DNA of 33,329 nucleotides. It comes from a bacterium. Lineage in GTDB: Bacteria; Eisenbacteria; RBG-16-71-46. This document shows positions 1 through 7,609 of this stretch, piece by piece. Below the pieces are notes generated by a model. That model was not told where the DNA came from, ran no database searches, and saw only the letters and a list, made by a program, of their open reading frames with translations. The stretch lies in assembly GCA_043779265.1 (NCBI GenBank), contig JAYWEM010000163.1, positions 1 to 33,329 on the forward strand, in the 5' to 3' direction. How positions within the stretch are numbered: the stretch's first letter is position 1; every line of letters begins with the position of its first letter. Made by a program: the position numbers and the translations under genes.

Positions 1-1
1 C

Positions 2-1030
2 GAGCGGCGGGTAACTGTCGTCGAACTCGATGCTCGCGCTCACACCCGGCCCTCCCGCCTGTGCGATCCTCTGCATCGTGGCGCGAACGCGAGACTGCTG
101 ATCGAGCGAGAGCGCGCGCAGATCCCCGACGACGATCGTGCTCTCGGCCACGACATTCGATTTGCCAAAGACGGTCCCGCGCGACTGCGATCGATCGAAC
201 CTCGCCTGCGTACCGCCGACGATGGCGCCCGGATTGAAGGTCAGCAGTTCCTCGTGCGCGAGCGAGTCGCGGAACGCGCGGAGGATGCGAGCGGCGCCGT
301 AGATGGCGCCCTCGCCGACCGCGGGCTGATCGATCTGCGAGGAGTGCGACGGATTGCCCCGCACATGAAGCGTCCAGCCTCCGGAACCTCGCCTCGAGAC
401 CACGGCATGACGCGGATCGCCATCCCCATCCTCGAACCCGAGCGCAAGGTCGGCGCGGCGCGCCGCCTCGAACAGATCCGCTCGGGCGAGCGACAACGGT
501 GAGCCCGCCTTCTCCTCATCTCCGATCAGCATCACGGTCACATCGAGGCGGTCGAGCATGCGTGCATCGTGAAGCGCTTCGAGCGCCATCGCCATGATGA
601 TGTTGCCGCCCTTCATGTCGGTGGAACCCGGCGCACGTGCCGCCGTGTCCCCGAGCGCCTCCCAGGTTTGGAACGGGCTGTCGAGTTCGAACACCGTGTC
701 GAGATGCCCGATCATCAGCACCCGCACCGCCCCCGGCCCGCCGCGACGCTCCGCGATCAGATGGCCGGCCCGATTCCAGCTCGCGCCATCCACCCAGCGC
801 GTTGCGAATCCGATGCGCTCGAACTCGGGCGCCATCATCGCGCCGACCGCCCGAACGCCAGCGAGATTCATAGTCCCGCTGTTCTGCTCGACGGCTCGGC
901 GCAGCAGCGCGAGCGCCGCAGGCGTGCGTACGTCGATCGTGTGCACAAGTGCCGATTCCCGGCGCGACAACTCGGCATGGACGGGCAAGACGAGAAATGA
1001 CGACAACAGGACCGCGAGGAGTGAGCGCAT
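2..1030 (-). CDS. Secreted M20/M25/M40 family metallopeptidase (glutamate carboxypeptidase-like), 3' end beyond window
   Basis: Translated by hand (absent from the ORF track because it runs off the edge). Signal peptide MRSLLAVLLSSFLVLPVHA; metal-binding motifs IGHLDTVF, STDMKGG, GDEEKAG, GFED; also HSS and KSNVVA. Confidence 0.9.
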   Translation of the reverse strand, partial: MRSLLAVLLSSFLVLPVHAELSRRESALVHTIDVRTPAALALLRRAVEQNSGTMNLAGVRAVGAMMAPEFERIGFATRWVDGASWNRAGHLIAERRGGPGAVRVLMIGHLDTVFELDSPFQTWEALGDTAARAPGSTDMKGGNIIMAMALEALHDARMLDRLDVTVMLIGDEEKAGSPLSLARADLFEAARRADLALGFEDGDGDPRHAVVSRRGSGGWTLHVRGNPSHSSQIDQPAVGEGAIYGAARILRAFRDSLAHEELLTFNPGAIVGGTQARFDRSQSRGTVFGKSNVVAESTIVVGDLRALSLDQQSRVRATMQRIAQAGGPGVSASIEFDDSYPPL

Positions 1031-1059
1031 GCATGTCAGCATGCACATGGCTCGCCCCG

Positions 1060-4000
1060 ATGGGAAGCAGCGACTCGACGCTGCAAGGGGACCCGCCCAT
1101 ACTCGATGCCTCCCCCTGGTCCCCGGAGTCCCTGATGGAGCAGCCCCTTCCCCGCATCGGTCATTACCAGCCGCTTCGCCGACTGGGCGAAGGGGGCATG
1201 GGAGCCGTGCTGCTCGCTCGTGACACCCGACTCGAGCGCGAGGTGGCGCTCAAGCTGTTGCCGCCCGAGTTCGCGGCGGACCAGGATCGCGTCGAGCGAT
1301 TCCGACGTGAGGCGCTCCACCTCGCATCGCTCAACCACCCGAACATCGCCACCCTCTACGGCATCGAAGCGGCCACGGGAGGCGGACTCGCGCTGGTGAT
1401 GGAGTTCGTGCCGGGCGGGACACTCGAGACGCGGCTCGAGCAGGGCGCGCTGCCGCTCGAGGAGGCGCTCGGCGTGATGGTCGCCATCGCGGACGCACTC
1501 GAAGTGGCTCACGCGCGCGGCGTCATCCATCGCGACCTCAAGCCGCCCAACATCGCGTTCTCCGATCGAGGCCACCCGAAAGTGCTCGACTTCGGGCTCG
1601 CGCATCGTGGCACGACGGAGTCGAGCGGCGAAGGAGTTCCCGAGGGGACGCCCGGCTACATGAGTCCGGAACAGGCGATCGGCGGCGAGCAGGATCATCG
1701 CACCGATCTCTTCGGCTTCGGCTGCCTGCTGTACGAGTGCCTGGCAGGCATGCCCGCATTCCCCGGAGCCGATCCATGGACGCGCATCGGCGCCGCGCTG
1801 CACGCCGAGCCGGATTTCTCCGTGCTCCCTTCAGCGACTCCCGAGAGCCTCCTGACTCTGCTCGCCTCGCTCCTGGCCAAGTCCGCCGATGACCGCCCCA
1901 CCGACATGCAGAGCGTGCGCATCGCGTTGCAGGCCTGCACGGGGGCCACGGCGCCGGATGCCGCTTCGGATGCCGAGATGCCGGCTCACCACCTGCCGAT
2001 CCCGCGTGGAGCGTTCGTGGGGCGCGACCGCGAGCGGCTGGCGGTGATCGAGGCCATGGGACGTGAGCGGATCGTGACGCTGACCGGCGTCGGGGGCTGC
2101 GGCAAGACGCGGCTGGCGCTGGCGGTCGCACAACAAAGACTCGCGGAGTTCCAAGGCGGCGCGTGGTTCGTCGATCTCGCGCCACTCTCCGACGGCGAGC
2201 GGATCCCCGGGGTCGTGGCGCGAGTGCTCGGCATCCGCGAGGAGGGGGATCGCCCGATCACCGAGACCGTCGCGGCATGGATCGGCTCACGCCACCTCCT
2301 CCTCCTGCTCGACAACTGCGAGCACCTGATCACGGCGTGTGCGGAGCTGGTCGAAGCGCTGACCGAGCGCTGCGCTCGATTGCAGATCCTGGTGACGAGC
2401 CGAGAGGGACTCGGAGTCCAGGGCGAGCAGTTGCTCGCGGTCCCGCCGCTGCGCGCACCGAGTGAACGCGACCCCACTGATCTCGAAACGCTCGCGCGAT
2501 TCGAGTCGGTCCTGATGTTCGTCGATCGGGCGCGTGCCGTTGCACCGAGCTTCGAGTTGGACGAACAGTGTGCCCCGGCGGTGGCCGAGATCTGTCGACG
2601 CCTCGACGGCATCCCACTGGCGATCGAGTTGGCAGCAGCGCGTGTGAAGGTGCTGGCGCCCGCGCAGATCGCGGAACGACTCGACGATCGATTCAAGTTG
2701 CTGACGGGTGGCAGCCGAACCGCGATGCCGAGACACCAGACCCTGCACGCGACGCTGCAATGGAGTCACGATCTCCTGCTGCCACCCGAGCGCGAACTCC
2801 TCAGGCGACTGGCGACATTCGCAGGCGGATGGACGCTCGATCACGCAGCACGCGTGTGCGACGAGAACCATGATGAGTTCGGCGTGCTCGACCTGCTTCA
2901 GCACCTGGTCGATAAGTCGCTCGTCATGACGCAGCGCACTCCCGGAGGGGACGTGCGCTACCGGATGCTCGAGAGCGTGCGGCAGTTCGCGGCCGAGCGA
3001 CTCGAGGAGAGCGGTGAGGCGCAGACGATCCGCGAACGCCACCTCGCCTGCATGCTCTCGCTCGCCGAGCGGACCGAGGAGGCGCTCTCGGGACCAAGAC
3101 AGGTGGAGCACTTCGGCGTCCTGGATGCCGAGCAGGCGAACCTCCTCGCCGCGCTCGCGTGGTGCGACCATGCGGCCGACGGCGACTCGCGAGGGCTCCG
3201 CCTCGCGGGATCGCTCTGGCGCTACTGGTCGGGTCGCCAGCACTATGAGCTCGGGCGGCGCGTGCTCGAGACCGCACTGAAACGAAGCGGTGCGGAGCGT
3301 GCCAGCCCCGAGCGAGCGCACGCGCTCGTTCGAGCCGGTGGCATGGCGCTGTATCAGGGTGACTACGCGGCGGCCCGCCCCCACATCGAACAGAGCCTCG
3401 CGCTCTATCGCTCCCTCGACGATGACCGGGGTGTGGCGCGCGCGCTGTCCGGCCTCGCGGTCGTGGCGATGTATCAGGGCGACTACGCCACGGCGCGAGT
3501 CTGCAATGAGGAGAGTCTCGCCGGCTATCGGGCGATCGGTGCCAAGCGAGGCGAGGCGATCGCGCTGCACAACATCGGGTATCTGGCCTGGTGCGAGGGC
3601 CGGGGCGAGGAGAGCGCGCAGCACTTCGAGGCAGCGCTCGTGCGCCTGTCCGAGGTCGGGGATCGGCAGCATCAGGCCCTCACGCTCGCCGGCGTCGGTG
3701 CGGCCCGGCTCCAGATGAACGAGATCGAGGCTGCGAGGCTCGCCCTCTCCAGCGCACTCGAACTGTCCATCGAACTCGGCACCGAGCGAGAAGGCGTCTA
3801 TGCCGTCGAGATGGCAGCCGAACTCGCGGCTCTCGAGAGCCGGCCCGAGGATGCTGCCCGGCTCGTGGGAGCGGCCAGGACGCTGCGGGAGGAGATCGGC
3901 TCGCCCTCGGTTCCGGCTGAGGAATCGGCTCGCCGGGCACTGCGGAAACGCCTTGGCGAGACGCTCGGCGAGGCCGAAACCGCCCGATTGGAGGCGGAAG

Positions 4001-4110
4001 GCACCTCATGGGACGGGCCAGCGACCATGGCGGCGGCCCTGCGAGCCCTGGGCCACGTCGCCTCCGGAGCCTCCGACGGAGCCGACCACCTCGGCGATGA
4101 TGAGAAATGA
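1060..4110 (+). CDS. Ser/Thr protein kinase fused to STAND/NB-ARC-like ATPase and TPR repeats
   Basis: Kinase motifs GEGGMG, VALK, HRDLKPPN, DFGLA, GTPGYMSPEQ; Walker A GVGGCGKT; LLLLDNCEH; GIPLAIELAAAR; C-terminal TPR-like repeats. Start uncertain (1060 or 1135). Confidence 0.92.
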   Translation: MGSSDSTLQGDPPILDASPWSPESLMEQPLPRIGHYQPLRRLGEGGMGAVLLARDTRLEREVALKLLPPEFAADQDRVERFRREALHLASLNHPNIATLYGIEAATGGGLALVMEFVPGGTLETRLEQGALPLEEALGVMVAIADALEVAHARGVIHRDLKPPNIAFSDRGHPKVLDFGLAHRGTTESSGEGVPEGTPGYMSPEQAIGGEQDHRTDLFGFGCLLYECLAGMPAFPGADPWTRIGAALHAEPDFSVLPSATPESLLTLLASLLAKSADDRPTDMQSVRIALQACTGATAPDAASDAEMPAHHLPIPRGAFVGRDRERLAVIEAMGRERIVTLTGVGGCGKTRLALAVAQQRLAEFQGGAWFVDLAPLSDGERIPGVVARVLGIREEGDRPITETVAAWIGSRHLLLLLDNCEHLITACAELVEALTERCARLQILVTSREGLGVQGEQLLAVPPLRAPSERDPTDLETLARFESVLMFVDRARAVAPSFELDEQCAPAVAEICRRLDGIPLAIELAAARVKVLAPAQIAERLDDRFKLLTGGSRTAMPRHQTLHATLQWSHDLLLPPERELLRRLATFAGGWTLDHAARVCDENHDEFGVLDLLQHLVDKSLVMTQRTPGGDVRYRMLESVRQFAAERLEESGEAQTIRERHLACMLSLAERTEEALSGPRQVEHFGVLDAEQANLLAALAWCDHAADGDSRGLRLAGSLWRYWSGRQHYELGRRVLETALKRSGAERASPERAHALVRAGGMALYQGDYAAARPHIEQSLALYRSLDDDRGVARALSGLAVVAMYQGDYATARVCNEESLAGYRAIGAKRGEAIALHNIGYLAWCEGRGEESAQHFEAALVRLSEVGDRQHQALTLAGVGAARLQMNEIEAARLALSSALELSIELGTEREGVYAVEMAAELAALESRPEDAARLVGAARTLREEIGSPSVPAEESARRALRKRLGETLGEAETARLEAEGTSWDGPATMAAALRALGHVASGASDGADHLGDDEK

Positions 4111-4123
4111 AGCTCGCAACTCA

Positions 4124-4157
4124 TAGTCATTGCATCGATTCCGGACGTAGACTACGT
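4124..4157 (+). promoter_or_regulatory. Putative sigma70 promoter overlapped by a palindrome
   Basis: TAGTCA (4124-4129)-N18-TAGACT (4148-4153); palindrome ACGTAG-A-CTACGT (4145-4157) covers the -10 box. Confidence 0.4.
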
Positions 4158-4309
4158 TTGTGCGGCATCTGCGGGAGACAATTCCCGAGATTCTCTTTCG
4201 TGTTCGGCCGCTCCATCTCGCATCGGGTGAACGGCCGCTCTCGCGATATCCCCCCGCTCCGTTCGCGACGAACGGGTGCGCCCCTCCACTCGATGCCCGC
4301 GAGGTGTCC

Positions 4310-4990
4310 ATGAAGCGATTGGTGACTCCGCTGCTTCTGCTCACGGCGCTGGTGCTGGCGATGTCGCCGGCTCCTGCTCGTGCACAGACGCTCATCTTCG
4401 ATTACGTCGGGTTCGACTACGAGTCGCCTGACCTCCTGCCGGGATTCGGCGAGGTCGGTGCGGGCTACGTCGGCCTCGGCGTGGTGCCGAGCCTCTTCGC
4501 GCCGTTGGTCTCCGACACGTCACTGAACCAGTACACCTACGTGATCTCGGGGATGCAGGTGAACAGCGTGCAGACGTTCGGCTCCTTCCAGCTCATCACG
4601 TACACGTCGGGCACGATCTCGCTGTACCAGGATGCCAAGAGCAGCGGCACGCCGGCGGTGTTCGCTCCGAACCCGCCCAACGCGCAGGCCCCCGGTTCCT
4701 TCACGGATGGCACGCTGTATCTGACGGGCACCCTCACGGGATTCCAGTTCGTCCGGAACACCGTGAACGGCAGCGGCAGCTACGAGGCCGCCTGCGTGTT
4801 CGATGGTGGATCGAACCTGTCCAACATCCCGCCGAGCGATCGCACGGGCTGGACGTTCGCTGGCTCGACGACCAACGCCCTCAACATCCCGCCTGGCTAT
4901 GCGCACCAGATCGATGGCCAGAATTTCATCACCATCCCGACGAGTGCCGCGGCCGGCTCTTGGGGTGCACTCAAGCGCCGCTACCGCTAG
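4310..4990 (+). CDS. Secreted hypothetical protein with C-terminal SWGALKRRYR motif (paralog A)
   Basis: RBS GAGGT before ATG 4310; Sec signal ending PARA; beta-rich body; clear homology to the next gene. Confidence 0.85.
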   Translation: MKRLVTPLLLLTALVLAMSPAPARAQTLIFDYVGFDYESPDLLPGFGEVGAGYVGLGVVPSLFAPLVSDTSLNQYTYVISGMQVNSVQTFGSFQLITYTSGTISLYQDAKSSGTPAVFAPNPPNAQAPGSFTDGTLYLTGTLTGFQFVRNTVNGSGSYEAACVFDGGSNLSNIPPSDRTGWTFAGSTTNALNIPPGYAHQIDGQNFITIPTSAAAGSWGALKRRYR

Positions 4991-5011
4991 ACGCGGACGA
5001 AGGAGGATTTC

Positions 5012-5713
5012 ATGAAGCTGCGTGATCTCATCCCGGCCGTGGCGCTTGCGCTCGCGGTCAGCACGTTCCCGGCACAGGCTGCCGGGCCGTCGATCGACTG
5101 GGACCCGGCTTACGGCTGGCAGGCGGGCGGCACGCCCAACAACCTGCCGCTCGGTGGCGAGTTCAAGATGGTCGGCATCATCAGTGGATTCGACATCCCG
5201 TTCGGTGACCTCAATGCTGCCGACCCCACTCGCGAGTACACGTTCTACGTGAGCGGGCTCATCTCGGGCGGAACGGTGCCGACGGGCTTCCCCGGGCTCC
5301 AGTTCTTCGAGACGAACTTCACCGGCGGAGTGATCTCGATCTACGAGGACCTGAGCCCCGAGGCCGCATTCGTCCCGAACCCGCCCAACGCGGCTGTTCC
5401 CTCGAACTTCATCGACGGGACGCTGCTGCTGTCGGGCAGCTTCACCCGCTTCGTGGTTCAGTCGAACGACTTCACCGCGTTCCAGGTGGGCAACATCGAA
5501 GGCGATATCAACTGGACCGGTGGATCACTGCTGGCGCGGACGTTCGCGACCGGTGGGCGCCCCTGCCCGGGCCTGTTCACGGGCGGCATGACGTGGCGGA
5601 CGTCGGTCGGAGTCCCCGGCTACCTCTATCGTCACGATGGCAAGATCGACCTGCAGTGCCCGACGGTCACCCAGTCGGGTACGTGGGGTCGGATCAAGTC
5701 GCTCTACCGCTAG
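5012..5713 (+). CDS. Secreted hypothetical protein with C-terminal TWGRIKSLYR motif (paralog B)
   Basis: RBS AAGGAGGA; signal ending PAQA; shares YT.. SG, G.IS.Y.D, F.PNPPNA..P..F.DGT, GGS.L and PGY....DG with paralog A. Confidence 0.88.
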   Translation: MKLRDLIPAVALALAVSTFPAQAAGPSIDWDPAYGWQAGGTPNNLPLGGEFKMVGIISGFDIPFGDLNAADPTREYTFYVSGLISGGTVPTGFPGLQFFETNFTGGVISIYEDLSPEAAFVPNPPNAAVPSNFIDGTLLLSGSFTRFVVQSNDFTAFQVGNIEGDINWTGGSLLARTFATGGRPCPGLFTGGMTWRTSVGVPGYLYRHDGKIDLQCPTVTQSGTWGRIKSLYR

Positions 5714-5725
5714 ACGCGACCCGTT

Positions 5726-5771
5726 ACGCAACGAGGGCCGTTCGGCAGTCGCCGAGCGGCCCTCATTGCGT
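5726..5771. terminator. Long hairpin between convergent genes (probable bidirectional terminator)
   Basis: ACGCAACGAGGGCCGTTCGGC-agtc-GCCGAGCGGCCCTCATTGCGT; 21-bp stem with two non-Watson-Crick positions. Confidence 0.75.
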
Positions 5772-5807
5772 TCGGCGCGCGCGGCGTCCCATGCGAATGC
5801 GTATGGA

Positions 5808-7010
5808 CTAGAGCGATGCCGGATCGGCGGGCTCGAAGATCCGGTCGAACCGGAAGGGGTTCGCCTCATGTGCGAGCACACCGCGGATCGCATCCACCGT
5901 GATCCTCGCGCAGGCGGCGCTCGACATGACGCCGTGCCCACTGTGCCCGGTGTTCACGAACAGACCCGCGCGCGAACTCGCCCCAAGCAGCGGGCGACGA
6001 TCGGGCGTGTCATCGTACTGCCCAGCACGAATCGACCAATGGAGCGACTGCCGCCGCCACACGCCCGCCCAGAATGGCGACAGGCGCGCGAGCGCCGCGG
6101 GGCTCGCCGGGTCGAGCAACGCGAAGGCGAACGCGTCGCTCGGCGGCACGTCATCGAGTGGCGCTTCGCTCGGCACATCGGGCCTCGTCCACATGCCGTG
6201 GGCTCCGCCGCGCCAAGGCCGCCAGTGAGCACCCGACTCCTCATCGATGGTCATCGGGGCATCCGCTGGCGCTTCTGGCACATCCGGCAGGATCAACCGA
6301 TATCGGCGTGTCGGGCTGATGGGAAGCGCCACTCCAGCCAATTGGGCGATCGTTCCCGAGAACGGTCCGGCCGCGAGCACGATCGCGCCGGCGCTCAAGT
6401 CGCCTCGCGATGTCCGTAGACCGGTGATCCGTTGGCCGCTCTCCAGGAAACCGTGCACCTCGGTTCCCATCACACATGGCTCACCGCTCGCGGCGGCGTA
6501 GCCGATCGCCAGCCGCTTGGGATCGAGCCAGCCATCGCCCGCACGATACGTGGCTGAGATCACGCGCTCGGAGAGCCAGGGCCAGCGCACCCGAACTTCC
6601 CTCGCGTCGAGCAGTTCGACATCGGTGACGCCCCACGCCCGTTGCGCCTCGACCCTTCGGCGCTGGCGAGCCTCGGTCGCAGCCTCGAACGCGCAGAGCA
6701 GATAGCCCTGTGGCATCCATCCGAGATCCCAGTCGGCGAGTCCCGTCTCGGACTCGAAGCGCTGGTAGAACTCGAGGCTCTCGCGAACCGTTGCGATCTC
6801 ATGCGGGTTGTCGAACTGGAGTCGGAAGCCGCCCGTGGCGGCCGATGTCGACAGCGACGCCAGCGCAGTCCGCCGTTCGATCACGACGGATGTGAGCCCG
6901 GCGCGATGGGCGAAGAAGGCCGTTGCGAGCCCCGCGATGCCGCCGCCCAGGATGGCGACGTCCACCGTGCGCGGCAGTTCGTGCGTGAGACGAGGTGAGC
7001 GAGGATCCAT
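5808..7010 (-). CDS. FAD-dependent oxidoreductase (DadA / sarcosine oxidase beta family)
   Basis: VAILGGGIAGLATA, STSAATGGFR, DGWLDP, TPDRRPLLG, GHSGHGVMSS. Confidence 0.9.
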   Translation of the reverse strand: MDPRSPRLTHELPRTVDVAILGGGIAGLATAFFAHRAGLTSVVIERRTALASLSTSAATGGFRLQFDNPHEIATVRESLEFYQRFESETGLADWDLGWMPQGYLLCAFEAATEARQRRRVEAQRAWGVTDVELLDAREVRVRWPWLSERVISATYRAGDGWLDPKRLAIGYAAASGEPCVMGTEVHGFLESGQRITGLRTSRGDLSAGAIVLAAGPFSGTIAQLAGVALPISPTRRYRLILPDVPEAPADAPMTIDEESGAHWRPWRGGAHGMWTRPDVPSEAPLDDVPPSDAFAFALLDPASPAALARLSPFWAGVWRRQSLHWSIRAGQYDDTPDRRPLLGASSRAGLFVNTGHSGHGVMSSAACARITVDAIRGVLAHEANPFRFDRIFEPADPASL

Positions 7011-7017
7011 GCGGCGC

Positions 7018-7059
7018 ACGCTAGCGCGGCTTGACAGCCCTCGTCCATCGTCCAACTCT
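7018..7059. promoter_or_regulatory. Divergent promoters for probable leaderless transcripts
   Basis: Minus strand: TAGCGT (7018-7023) 7 nt before ATG 7010. Plus strand: TTGACA (7031-7036)-N17-AACTCT (7054-7059) 7 nt before ATG 7067. No SD for either gene. Confidence 0.55.
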
Positions 7060-7066
7060 GCCGCTC

Positions 7067-7558
7067 ATGAGAGACCTTCCGACCTCCACTCGCGGCGGCT
7101 CCCCCCGTACGAGATGGCGAATCCTGACAGTGGCGATGATGGCGGCGCTGGTCGTCTACGGCGGCATGCTGCTGGTGTTCCGCTTCAGCGCGCTCATGTC
7201 GGCACCCGCGGCTCCCGAGCCGATGCTCCGCAGCATCCTGCTCGCGATGGGTGCCGCCCTCCTCGCCGGCTCGGTCGCATGGACGTTCACCATGCTCCCG
7301 TCGGCTCCAGCCGAGGCGCACGACGCGACCTCGCTCGAGGCCGAGGGCAGGCGCTTCCTCGGCCGCTCGCTGGTCGCATCCGGGCTAGCGGAAGCTGGCG
7401 GCCTCGCGGGCTGCACGCTCGCCCTCCTCGGTGGAACCCTGGTCGAGTCGATGGGCCTGCTCGGGGCCTCGCTGATCGTGCAGGCGTCGATCCTGCTGCC
7501 TCGGGGCGAGGGATTCTGGCGCGCCTGGGAGGAGCGGCAGCCTCCTGGCCGAGTCTGA
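7067..7558 (+). CDS. Hypothetical membrane protein (about 4 TM)
   Basis: Four hydrophobic stretches; fills the gap between flanking genes. Confidence 0.7.
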   Translation: MRDLPTSTRGGSPRTRWRILTVAMMAALVVYGGMLLVFRFSALMSAPAAPEPMLRSILLAMGAALLAGSVAWTFTMLPSAPAEAHDATSLEAEGRRFLGRSLVASGLAEAGGLAGCTLALLGGTLVESMGLLGASLIVQASILLPRGEGFWRAWEERQPPGRV

Positions 7559-7609
7559 CTCCGGCGCCTGAACCGGCCGACAAGTTGCGCCGAACGCCCG
7601 AGTTCGGAC

